DNA of 64,000 nucleotides from Giardia intestinalis (Eukaryota): NCBI GenBank assembly GCA_000002435.2, contig CM018789.1; one strand, 5' to 3'. Shown piece by piece: positions 48,857 to 58,543 of this stretch (position 1 is its first letter; each line of letters starts with the position of its first letter). The notes under the pieces were generated by a model. It saw only the letters and a program-made list of their open reading frames with translations, ran no database searches and was not told where the DNA came from. The position numbers and the translations under genes were made by a program.

Positions 48857-50068
48857 ATGCGTATGCTCATAGCTCGGCTTTCAGCGTTCAAAAGGCAATT
48901 TCATGATGTAGTGGGTGTTGGGATGCTTCACTTCTTAGCCAAGTATGCTGGTGCAACAAGTGCGAGTTCGATAGTGCGGCAGGAATATGAAGACATGCAA
49001 CTAGGAAGGGAGCCCCTTCGCATGAGTGATGTGGAGGACGCTATGGTTCTCTTTCGAGCAGTACAGGCATTCAACTCCAACTACATTCGAAGGGCTATGT
49101 ATGGAGGGCTGCCTTTCATATTACGTATAGCATGTGCTGTTTCAGCACTGGCACCGGATTACAACCAACGCTTCAGTCGGAATGTGACCCTGTACGAACA
49201 TCGGCTCCTTCGTCGCCTGTGTTCTGCTGTGGGGCTAGGCCCCGATAGTATCTTGTTGCATAACGTAAAGTGCTACCATGAAGAACTTTTGGCATGGGCT
49301 CTCTTGCATGATCAACCCAACAATCGCTTGCTGGTTATTATTCAGGGAATTTCTCAGCTGCACAACGCGTCTCTTCTTCTGTATATGAATCCGACACAAC
49401 TGCCATCAGGCTCCACGGTGCACACTGGCGTATACCGCGCAGCAAGCCCACTGTATGAGATTCTCTCTCCCTATATACATATGAACTTCGAGCATAACTT
49501 TCTCCGTGACTACTCCATTGTGTTGTGCGGTCACGGATTTGGCGGATCTGTAGCAGCCCTTGTGGGTGCTATGCTTCTGCGGCATCCCACTGGCACCTTT
49601 ACACCTAGCAATACTAAGGTTGTTACCTTTGGCCCCTTCCCCTTCGCTGGTCCAGACTTTGCATACAGGGAACATATACATGTAACGTCATTTATCTATC
49701 GGTTCGATGCCATTGCACGTCTCAGCTTACACGCTGCTGGAGTACTAAAGACTCGAAAAGCCACCAGAGAAGAGCAATCAACATCTGCCCTATCCCAAAA
49801 GGTTTTGCTTAACTCTTTGAGCAAAGACTGCGCGTACTTCATCCCTGGGACAATATACCTATTGCACCCAGGAGTACGACCAGTTACTTGCACACCCGAA
49901 GCTTCCGACGTCAGCATTGACGTCTTGGTGAACGAAGAAAAGCTGAAGGCATGTACGTGTTACCGAGCAATCGATTCTCACGACCTAGCAGAGGTTATAC
50001 TCTCCGAGCAGGCGATTAACGACCACTTCATGTATGAAGATGCCCTCAAATCCTTGTGCATTGACTGA
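48857..50068 (+). CDS. alpha/beta-hydrolase, class-3 lipase-like protein; nucleophile motif appears degenerate (GHGFGG)
   Basis: IVLCGHGFGGSVAALVGAML matches the class-3 lipase block around GHSLGG, but the Ser of G-x-S-x-G is replaced by Gly. Track start 48833 is TTG, so the start was re-set to ATG 48857 after CCAAAAAATG. Confidence 0.55.
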   Translation: MRMLIARLSAFKRQFHDVVGVGMLHFLAKYAGATSASSIVRQEYEDMQLGREPLRMSDVEDAMVLFRAVQAFNSNYIRRAMYGGLPFILRIACAVSALAPDYNQRFSRNVTLYEHRLLRRLCSAVGLGPDSILLHNVKCYHEELLAWALLHDQPNNRLLVIIQGISQLHNASLLLYMNPTQLPSGSTVHTGVYRAASPLYEILSPYIHMNFEHNFLRDYSIVLCGHGFGGSVAALVGAMLLRHPTGTFTPSNTKVVTFGPFPFAGPDFAYREHIHVTSFIYRFDAIARLSLHAAGVLKTRKATREEQSTSALSQKVLLNSLSKDCAYFIPGTIYLLHPGVRPVTCTPEASDVSIDVLVNEEKLKACTCYRAIDSHDLAEVILSEQAINDHFMYEDALKSLCID

Positions 50069-50096
50069 GAAATACTTTCTATCGTCACCAGACTGA

Positions 50097-50717
50097 TTAA
50101 TCTTTAGATGTTTGCAAGACCGGGGTCGACGACCGTGACTTGTTTGTTGGAGTATACGCTCTCAAAGCTCTTGAGAAGTCGTCTAGTTGTGTTTGACGGT
50201 AAGGAGAAGACGCCATCTCTTGTGCCCACCTTTTACGATTTCGTGCCGCTGCGGCCCTTTCTGCACGTTCATAGAGCTCCCGTTCCGCTAACATAGCTTC
50301 CTTCACCCGTTCTTTTTCTGCATCTCTGCGTACTTTGTATCTATGGTATTCGTCTATCGTTTTCTTGATGTGTTCCTCAGAGCTACCACGTTTGGAGCTA
50401 GACAAAGTAAACGGTTTAACCTTGGTGGGGTTGTTCAAGGTGGATTTGGCTCGGTAAGTGACGAGCATCCCGGAATGCTCAACTGCCGGTCTCGGTGTTG
50501 AGACGCTGTTAGCAGGAATTAATAAGGACTGCATGGGGGTATTGAGGTTAGACGATCTGACGGTTTTAGACCCATCAACTTCAGGTGTGACCGGGGCACC
50601 TGGAATTCTGAAGTGATGTGAGCCTCTGGGAGTCGACACCTTGGGCAGCTGATAAAAAAGCCCCCCTACTTGTGTATAGCTTGTCGCCGGCGTGGCGGTG
50701 GATCGAGAGCGATTCAT
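50097..50717 (-). CDS. hypothetical basic Ser/Thr/Pro-rich protein (206 aa)
   Basis: ORF with ATG (cat 50715-50717). Charged helical segment RRDAEKERVKEAMLAERELYERAERAAAARNRKR. Confidence 0.45.
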   Translation of the reverse strand: MNRSRSTATPATSYTQVGGLFYQLPKVSTPRGSHHFRIPGAPVTPEVDGSKTVRSSNLNTPMQSLLIPANSVSTPRPAVEHSGMLVTYRAKSTLNNPTKVKPFTLSSSKRGSSEEHIKKTIDEYHRYKVRRDAEKERVKEAMLAERELYERAERAAAARNRKRWAQEMASSPYRQTQLDDFSRALRAYTPTNKSRSSTPVLQTSKD

Positions 50718-51045
50718 TTTTTGGCTAGAGAAATTGAGTAAGAAAAGCCATCAAAAGATAAGAGTTTGCTTTAGGCTTTTATCCGCGGATATCAAAGTAC
50801 TGTGCAGCTTCGGGATCCGGCCTGACAACTTATTTTATGAAACTCACTTAAAGACTGCTTCCTAATCTCAGAAGTAAGTAGATGTAACCAGGCTGCGCGT
50901 GCTCATGCTGGTACTCCTCAAGGCACAGGTTTTCTAGTAAGAAGTGGCAGCCTAAGTCTCGGTGCAAGCTTAAAGCCTTCAGTGTAAATGTGACTGGAAG
51001 GCAGACGGCGGACTGCCCTGGTCATCACCTCACAGTACGCACCCA

Positions 51046-52242
51046 TTATGCCCCTGGCGGTAGCAGCTCATCACTGGACTCTGTCAGCAGACAGTTCTCC
51101 TCTGCTGCTACTCCCTCACCACTAAGGCCACAAAGACGCTGAGCTTCTGCCTCACACAGGCCTCGGTAGCGCAAGGCCTTCTGGCCAAGGCTGGAGGAGC
51201 AGAGCTGCTCCAGGACCCTTTGTCCGTTCAAGCTCTCTGTTTTATAGCTACTGTACAAGGCAATCCACGGGGCATTCTGCAATATGCTTTGCACAGTCTC
51301 GCCCAATTGAGGGACAGGGATGTCCATTCCAGAAAGTGAGGCATGATGTACGAGCTGGCGCTGCTTAAGGCTATTGTCAGTAATCCCCGGGTTCTTAATG
51401 ATCTCTAGAATGATACGCATGGCTAGTACACGGCCCAGCAGAGAGGGTCCGCCGATGCGGATGTGCGGGATATCGTCGTCCCCTAAGCTCACCCCACCGT
51501 CGGCTCTCTTTGTAATGACAACAGTACCCTTACGTCCGAGTAAAGCCCCGCCACCACGCAGCTGCAGTTCTGTTCCTGTCAGTGTCTGAAGTTCTCTCTG
51601 GGTGCTAGCCTGCGGTCCAAGTAAAAGCCCACTGTAGTTAACTGTATTTGTCCCCCCTACAGATTGCGGAAAATAGATGCAGATGGGCGGCAACTGGGTA
51701 GACCTTAAGTTTAATGATGGAATGAAGAATGGGTTTCCACGTTGAAAAGAGCTCTCTGTAGCGACATACTGTTGCAAAGATAGGTAGTGTAAAGATAAAA
51801 GACGGAGGCGATCCGGGGAGAGAGCGGTTGAAGAAGACAAGTATCCGGAAAGGCCGTCGACTGAAGAGGTAAGAATTGAAGTAAAGCCAGCTGCTATGTT
51901 AGGGTGTGCCGGATTAGCTAGGAATGCTCCATAAGGGGCATCTTCCTGCAAAATTGCTCTGTGTCTCATTCGTAAAAAAGCCTCAGTAATACGTAGATGG
52001 CTTTGAACAGCAGTAAGCTGAGCCTCCGTAAGGTAGTTTGGAATTCCCTGTGGCATGTGCTCAGAATAGACTGACTTGTTATTTGCGGGGGCAATGACCG
52101 GCGTTGGCTGTCCGAACGGACGCTTTGGACAAGAAACATACTTTTTGTAACTGAAGCGAGCTGCTGAGGGCTTGTGTGAAGAGGCTGCGAACTCTTTGGG
52201 TTTGGCTACCACTAGATGAGCAGATAAGTTGTAAGAGTCCAT
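51046..52242 (-). CDS. hypothetical protein (about 398 aa)
   Basis: The track ORF starts at ATG 52290. The internal ATG at 52240-52242 (MDSYNL...) follows an AT-rich ACTGATTTAGGATTAGTA stretch and is the more Giardia-like initiator. No domain recognised. Confidence 0.5.
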   Translation of the reverse strand: MDSYNLSAHLVVAKPKEFAASSHKPSAARFSYKKYVSCPKRPFGQPTPVIAPANNKSVYSEHMPQGIPNYLTEAQLTAVQSHLRITEAFLRMRHRAILQEDAPYGAFLANPAHPNIAAGFTSILTSSVDGLSGYLSSSTALSPDRLRLLSLHYLSLQQYVATESSFQRGNPFFIPSLNLRSTQLPPICIYFPQSVGGTNTVNYSGLLLGPQASTQRELQTLTGTELQLRGGGALLGRKGTVVITKRADGGVSLGDDDIPHIRIGGPSLLGRVLAMRIILEIIKNPGITDNSLKQRQLVHHASLSGMDIPVPQLGETVQSILQNAPWIALYSSYKTESLNGQRVLEQLCSSSLGQKALRYRGLCEAEAQRLCGLSGEGVAAEENCLLTESSDELLPPGA

Positions 52243-52621
52243 TACTAATCCTAAATCAGTTTTTTGATGACATACATGTTGTCTCAACATAGTGGTGACG
52301 CGCGCAGTAGACCTTAGTGGTTACATGACTCAGCAGTCTTCTGTGAACAAGAGCTTAGCACTGCTGGGTTCACTTTATCTTGGCAGACGGCTTCATGACG
52401 AGCCGCAGCATCGACTCCATGGCTTGTTGCAAGAACACCGCTGGCCAAGAGCACTGTACAAGAGAATTGGCACCACGAGCACATTAATATAGAAGTGGCT
52501 GATGGACAAGACTAGGGAGACTCTCTGGCCACTGACACTGTTCGTTGTTATTGCAATCCACATTACAATATTATTAAACCCCTGTTCGTGTTGAGTACGC
52601 TCGCGGCGAACCGCCAGCTAG

Positions 52622-53200
52622 ATCGATAAGTGCGAAATAGTCGGTGACGCAGAGATCTGCACCCAGTGCAACGGAGATGGGTCTCAATCTGCCCCGACGG
52701 ACGGAGTGTGCTCAGCAGACAATAACGAGTGTACCCGGAAGCAAGATGGGAAGTGCACACAGTGCGCTAATAGGTCCTTCATGTACAAGGGCGGATGCTA
52801 CAAGGATAGCCAGGCACCTGGCAACACGATGTGTGAAGCAGCAAATGCTGGAGTATGCACACAGGCTAAGGAAGGGTACTTCCTGCTACCAGACGCAGAC
52901 GACTCTCACCAGTCGGTCATACCGTGCGGAGATGACACAGTAGTAACAGTTAGCGGCGATAAGAAGTACAAGGGCGTGCTGCACTGTACTTAGTGTAATA
53001 CACCTGACGCAGCACAGGATACTACTACTCCCAAGGCTGCCACTTGCACGACCTGTGAGGATGGTTTCTTTGTAGATAGTAGTAATAGATGCACTGCTTG
53101 TCCGGAGAACTGCCTGACCTGCACTGGTAAAATAGTCAAGGAAGAAGCCGACGGGGCAACTGCTTACATTGCTACTAATGACTGTATTCAACTTTCTAGT
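52622..53200 (+). pseudogene. VSP / high-cysteine membrane protein pseudogene fragment (N- and C-terminally truncated, in-frame TAG)
   Basis: One frame reads ...ICTQCNGDG...ECTRKQDGKCTQC...GGCYKD...EGYFLLPDADDSHQSVIPCGDDTVVTVSGDKKYKGVLHCT. An in-frame TAG at 52991-52993 interrupts the reading frame. Beyond it the frame continues as CNTPDAAQDTTTPKAATCTTCEDGFFVDSSNRCTACPENCLTCTGK..., showing the CxxC spacing and GYF(L/F) motifs typical of Giardia VSPs. There is no start codon, no TM and no CRGKA tail, and the frame runs into a GC-rich non-coding block. Confidence 0.6.
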
Positions 53201-53914
53201 GAAGGCCCAATCTTTTTAATCCCCGTCTCTGAGGGGTTTGTCGTCTCCTGTTTCTATCTGCAGCCGCGCCGGGGACAGAGCGGCTCTCGCGGGGCCAGGC
53301 ACCTGGTGTCCTGGGCGGCGCCGGGTCTGAGTGGGTATGCGCCTTCAGCACTGTGGGCGTCCCCCGTCCCTCTCCTGTACAAGGGATCGGTGATGCGTAC
53401 CCCCTCGGTCTGCGTGCGGTTGTCAGTGCCCGTGCCTCGTGGTACCCCGGCTCTTTCAGCCCCAGCTGTCGTGGCGCCCTGCTCCGGCCATATCCCCACG
53501 AGGCCGCGTATTCTTCCATGGGACGGTCCTGGTTCCGTAGAGGCACGCCTGGGCCCACGATTCTCCCTGCGGAGGCCCCGTTGTCTGTGCTACTGGGGTC
53601 TGGGCCATCCGTCTGTACCGCTGCTTCAGGAGTCACATGAGTAAACTGCCTTTCACGTGGCTTTTTATAGAAGTAGACACTGATTGTAATCAACAGGGTC
53701 TAAAGATCTCTCGCCAATTGTACATGTCAGATCCTGTGGATTTTGGAATCCTTGGGTAGCATCCGTGCCCGGCTGATACGCGCGCCTCGGGCTCAGCAAG
53801 CCTGCCGCCCTCCTCCTCTTGCCCCCTGCGAGGACGCCGCCACTGGCTAGGCGCGTGCACAGCTTGTCCATCCGGCCCTTGAGAAGAGCCACATCACACG
53901 AGGAAGGGCGTCGT

Positions 53915-54721
53915 TTACTCGAGGAGAGAGGCGATTGCGTCGTGGCCATGCCTCCTTGCGATGTCGAGGGCGGTGGTGCCGGGCGGGAAGCCGAACCACT
54001 CACGGGTGGTCTGCATGCCCTTCTCCTTGTCCATCAGGAGCCTCGCACACTCCAGGCGGCCACTCTGCGCTGCATGCATGAGCGCTGTCCATCCATTGTT
54101 AGTCTTCATGCCGTCTTCTTTGTCTATTAGAAGCCTCACGCAGTCCGAGCAACCGTTGTCGGCTGCGTGCATGAGGGCAGTCCACCCACTGTTGGCCCTC
54201 ATTCCGCATTCCTTGTCCAGTAGAGCCTCCGCACACTCACAGCGCCCATACTGTGCTGCATACATTAGGGCGGTCTTCCCATCATCCGTTTTCATGCCAC
54301 CCTCCCTCTCCAGGAGGAGCTGCACGAACTCCAGTTTGCCGCGCTGTGCTGCGTACATAAGGGCAGTGGTGCCGTTGTTCCTCCTTTTGCTGCCTTCCCT
54401 CTCCAGCAGGAACTTCGCGCATTCCGGGTGGCCCCCGTACGCCGCCCGCATGAGCGCGGTCTCTCCAAGCTTATTCTGTGTGCTACCTTTCATCTTCAGC
54501 AGAACCTTCACGGCTCTCAGGTTTCCATACTCTGCTGCTGACATGATGTCGGTCTCGACGAAGCCGTATTTCAGCAACAAAAAAGACGAGAGACTCAGCC
54601 CGCTCCTCCCTTGTTGGTGGTAAAACTCTGCGGCTTCATCGATGCTCCTATCAGAAGCAGACCCCTCGGTGTCCTGAGAGCGACGACTCATTTCCGAAGC
54701 CCCAAGCACGTCGCTCGACAT
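53915..54721 (-). CDS. ankyrin-repeat protein (Giardia 'protein 21.1' family)
   Basis: Six or more 33-aa ankyrin repeats of the form G-x-TALM-x-AA-x-x-G-x-x-E-C-x-x-LL-x-x-E. ATG at 54719-54721 (MSSDVLG...) is preceded by AT-rich GTTAAAAATG. The track's longer ORF to 54871 is a GC-rich read-through. Confidence 0.8.
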   Translation of the reverse strand: MSSDVLGASEMSRRSQDTEGSASDRSIDEAAEFYHQQGRSGLSLSSFLLLKYGFVETDIMSAAEYGNLRAVKVLLKMKGSTQNKLGETALMRAAYGGHPECAKFLLEREGSKRRNNGTTALMYAAQRGKLEFVQLLLEREGGMKTDDGKTALMYAAQYGRCECAEALLDKECGMRANSGWTALMHAADNGCSDCVRLLIDKEDGMKTNNGWTALMHAAQSGRLECARLLMDKEKGMQTTREWFGFPPGTTALDIARRHGHDAIASLLE

Positions 54722-54999
54722 TTTTAACTTCGTCTGCTTGCAGGAAGACACTGCCACGGAAACACACACTTTGCTCTCTACTTCATTGAGAACGGTTTGC
54801 CAACTGCTGTCCGAGCATCTCCGTGGGAGCCGCCGCGCTGGGTGGGTCTCCGCTCGCCGTCCGGGGTCCAAATCCAGAGTCCGAGGTCGGATGCCCTCGA
54901 TCCCGGCGGAAGAAGAACTCCTATGTCTGCCTCCCCTGGAAGCTGCCGCTCCTCGCGGTGCCCCCTAGGACTTTCCTTCCTTTGGCTAGCTTGGGTCAG

Positions 55000-55940
55000 C
55001 TCCGTCTGATATCTAGTGAGCACCTGCTATCTCGGATCTTGCGTCAGTCGCGACGATCTGGCCTCCACAGAATCCAAGGCCCTGGTGCTCCATGACGAAG
55101 ATCCCACGCCACGACCCCGGGTGTCCACCCCGTTCCTCGGGGTGCCTCTTCGTCTCCTCGTGGAGGGCACCATCTGTTCCATTCTCAAGGGTGCGCTCCC
55201 CATGCGCCTCTATCTTGAGGTTGTGGTACGCGTTTGTGGATGCCGGCGGAGCACTCCCATGCGTTGTGTCGGGGGAGAGGCCCACCTCTCTGCTCATGGA
55301 TCGCAGAGGTGGTCTGTCACCCAGCACGAGATCATGTCGACGCCCACCCTGTGCAGTGCGTCTGGCTCGGCTGACAGTGTGAGCTGCGTCCATCTGACAG
55401 CACACTTGGAGATGATGCTTCGGTCTGTCGAGGCAGTCAGTCCAGGGCCACCCCTCTGAAGGGTGTCATATGAAGTATCAAGAGCGATCAGGACAGGTTC
55501 ACCGAAGTCGTCTCGCTTGGCGCTCATCTACTCGAGGGTGTCAGGCACTGCCAGCTGCTGCGGCAGACCCTAGGTAGGTGACCCAGACCACCACTCTCGG
55601 TGCGGGCAGGATCAGTCCGCCTCTGCCAGCCAAGCACCCCAACTCCCATCTCTTGTCGAGGGATTCACATGGGTCACGTGTGGATCCATCTCGACCAGCG
55701 TGACAAGTGATTAGTGCCATCACTGGCTTCAGGCTCTCCGTTGCCTTGGGCGTTCCTTGAGACCAGCCAGGAAGGAGGCCTCCTGCTTCTCAGTGTTCCT
55801 ATACTTGTCAGTGTTGACCGTCGAGCCATGTCGCTTCATCAGGCCTGCCGCCTCTGTGGCTACCCCCGTTGCGTCACTGTCGTCACTGTAAAAGATGAGT
55901 GTGTCGTCAGTGTAGGCAATGAGCTTGAAGCGGCTCACTA
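55000..55940 (-). mobile_element. 5'-truncated, frameshifted non-LTR (R2/REL-endo-like) retrotransposon remnant: RT motifs C-D-E plus degenerate endonuclease region
   Basis: Minus-strand ORF 55729..55938 reads FKLIAYTDDTLIFYSDD...GSTVNTDKY...FLAG, matching the RT motif C (YxDD), the motif D NxxK region and the motif E FLG. Upstream of it the sequence turns AT-rich with no RT motifs A/B, so the element is 5'-truncated. Downstream frames (55013..55527) are GC-rich and frameshifted, with a CC...H...RRHDLVLGD segment resembling a degenerate R2-type CCHC/PD-D-K endonuclease. Confidence 0.45.
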
Positions 55941-56207
55941 GACAGCGGCTGATTCAGAGAAGATTAAATAAAGAGAAGGTAAGATTCTTGGAAAGTTAAG
56001 ACGAGAAGTAAGATATTGGCTCTCAGCGTATAGAAACACAAAGTTCCTTCTTTCTTGCCGGAGCTGGATCGCATCCAAATGCTAAATCCTGAATTCCAAA
56101 TTCTGGACTTTTAAACAAACGAAGATGCTATCTGGAATGACAATTCAACTGGGCAGCAACTGGAAAGCCCGTCATAATGAAGCAGAGTAATTCAGTAGTG
56201 CAATTTA

Positions 56208-57716
56208 TTAAGCAAAATACCGATTCTTCTCGATGTCAGCAACAAAGAGCACTCTGTCCTCGCTGCACAGATAAACAGTGTCGATGGTAGGGTAGTCGAT
56301 GAAGTTCCCGTTCATGAGGGCCACCCCTGTCTCGGCCAGAATCGGGTTAACAAGGGGGAGGTACTTATCTAGAAGAAGACGCTTCAGTAGGGGAACAGGG
56401 TCGTCCATCCCTTCGCTGTGCTTCTTGGTGGCGATATCGTACACATCAAGGAACTCTACATATGCACGAACTTGGTCATTGGCAAACCCGTAGGTAAACT
56501 TCTTAAGCTTGACCGCAGAAGAGAAGAGCACGTCGCCCTCAAGGTTGGCCAGAGTTACAGAAGTTTGGTCTGAACTCTTGCTGGCTGTCACAGAGAGGGC
56601 CCCCGTGAGGTTGACCGGTAGTGTAGCCGCCCCGATCCACGGTATGTGGGGTGCGGCATCCTTGGAGGGACTGATCGATAGAGTCAAGGTGACCCCGAGT
56701 CCAAGGTCGCTAACACTGCTTAGTAGTCCGGCCTTCACAAGGGCCTCTGCAAGACCGGGTATGTTCTGCCCCCTGATGGTGCTGTACGGGACAGTGAGAC
56801 TATCTGCCTTGAACTTGTCATACGCCACATGCCAGGCATACAGGTAGGAGTTAACTGATTCCCTGTCTACATAGAACTCATAGTCTCGGTCGGTGTAGAC
56901 CGTCTTCGGAGGGGGAGAGGTGATCTTGTTTGGATAGAGAGCTCTAACCGACCAATCTGGGACAGTGATGATCATTGAAAAGCCACCCTGGTCTGCCACT
57001 ATCTTGTTATCGACGACATTGATGCCGTTGATGTAGCGCTGGTCAGTCAGATAGTCGTCGATCTGGACAACTAAGGGCAGGTTGAGCATTGACTGCTTTA
57101 TTGAATTGAAGATTGTGTTAAAGAGGAGCTGCAGCACAGTGTCCTTTATTAGGGTCTCCAACGTGGGGGCCATGCCTTGGATGGCAGTTGCAAGGACAGA
57201 GCCCCCTGTGTCGAGTCCGATGGCATCGATGTCAAGCCCAGACGAGTACACGACGTTCGATATCTCGGAGAGCCCGAAGTGGTACGGGCAGGTGGGGTCG
57301 TCTCCGAGCCTCAGAGAGATGTCTGCCCCGAAGTCCTTGAGGGTGAATATGCAGTCGACGGTCCCGGTGATCCCGGTGATGACTGCCTTGAGTCGCATCG
57401 AGATCTGCATGAGTCCGTCCCGGGCCTCCATCTTGACAAAGTTGTTATCTTGCAAATAAACCTTCATGGTTGAAACACGCACTGCACGGGGTCTGATATT
57501 GGAGAGAGTAATCTGCAAAGTCCCGACAGTTATGGGTATCTCTGGAAACGCTGGAAGACCAGAAATAATGTCAGGAATGATAGAGTAGCCCTTCTGGCAG
57601 AACTTCTCCAGCCCACGTCTGGTGAAGCGCATTCCCATTCCATGTTCAGGTTCGTTAGTAAAAGGTGTACCCAGGGCACATCCCAAAGTAATAGAAAATA
57701 GTAGTAGTATTAGCAT
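56208..57716 (-). CDS. secreted BPI/LBP/CETP-family lipid-binding protein-like (502 aa)
   Basis: N-terminal signal peptide MLILLLFSITLGCALG. The mature N-terminus TRRGLEKFCQKGYSIIPDI... parallels the BPI N-terminal-domain start (GLDYACQQG...). Two-domain length of about 480 aa with alternating beta-rich segments. Confidence 0.6.
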   Translation of the reverse strand: MLILLLFSITLGCALGTPFTNEPEHGMGMRFTRRGLEKFCQKGYSIIPDIISGLPAFPEIPITVGTLQITLSNIRPRAVRVSTMKVYLQDNNFVKMEARDGLMQISMRLKAVITGITGTVDCIFTLKDFGADISLRLGDDPTCPYHFGLSEISNVVYSSGLDIDAIGLDTGGSVLATAIQGMAPTLETLIKDTVLQLLFNTIFNSIKQSMLNLPLVVQIDDYLTDQRYINGINVVDNKIVADQGGFSMIITVPDWSVRALYPNKITSPPPKTVYTDRDYEFYVDRESVNSYLYAWHVAYDKFKADSLTVPYSTIRGQNIPGLAEALVKAGLLSSVSDLGLGVTLTLSISPSKDAAPHIPWIGAATLPVNLTGALSVTASKSSDQTSVTLANLEGDVLFSSAVKLKKFTYGFANDQVRAYVEFLDVYDIATKKHSEGMDDPVPLLKRLLLDKYLPLVNPILAETGVALMNGNFIDYPTIDTVYLCSEDRVLFVADIEKNRYFA

Positions 57717-58543
57717 ATCGATGTGTCAGTGGAGTTATCTAGCAAACTTAATTTTTAATAAATTTAACTATGCAGCACAGAATGCACTGGTTCGCATACC
57801 TCTTACGCTCATTCTGTTTTTAGGAAACATCATGGTCACTTTCAGGAAGACAAAGTAATTGTCTGCATGCTACGGGTTGAACACTAAGCATTCTTATGTT
57901 CGACATACAAAAGATTAGTATCAATAGTATGATCATTATTCACCACACGCATGGCTACTTACCCTAAGACCTTATCAGCTTGGATTGTGCTTTTCTGGTA
58001 ATTACTTAGCGCCATCGAGTGCACCTATTTACGAAGGCAGACTAAATCGTACAAGGCATTAGCTTTGAGCTTATAAGCGCTATAACTTCTGATGGATGAT
58101 TTCATACAGTATGCCCTGTTGTTCTGATGGAGCACTCAATATACCAGACAGATGATTTAGCATGGTATCTCTGCAAACCATATTTACTATTATACTTACG
58201 CACGCGCCCATGCATAAGATAGTATCGTGCTGCGTAGTACAATAAAAGCAGACATATCTTACTTATTCCTGTATTGCAGGAACGTATCACCTGACAATCA
58301 ATGTCACTGGACAAAGAGTTTGTGTGAAGGTATATGTACTTGTATATGAACCTATTAGAAGCAAACACTCGTGGCTCGTAGAGATATTTACAAATAAATT
58401 AGCTTAATGATTCATTATATTATTAAATTCTTGTTAGTAGGCTGTCTAGTGGGAGTGTAGTCGAGTTCACCAACTGCTGGATTGTTCTCACTTGAAAGAC
58501 ACGCCAGGGAGTCCTGCAATGTGTGGTTGGAGTCACTATGTGC

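Noticed and set aside
53200-53660. Possibility that the very GC-rich blocks are rDNA
   Set aside because: No resemblance to conserved SSU/LSU/5.8S cores that I can recognise. The blocks are only about 450 bp and bracket protein genes.
53915-54871. Longer 318-aa version of the ankyrin ORF
   Set aside because: The N-terminal 50 residues (MDPGRRAETHPARRLPRR...) are a GC-rich read-through lacking an initiator. ATG 54721, with the upstream TTAAAAATG, is the credible start.
54870-55940. Telomeric TAGGG repeats near the LINE relic (GilM/GilT insert at telomeres)
   Set aside because: No tandem TAGGG/CCCTA array was found anywhere in the window.
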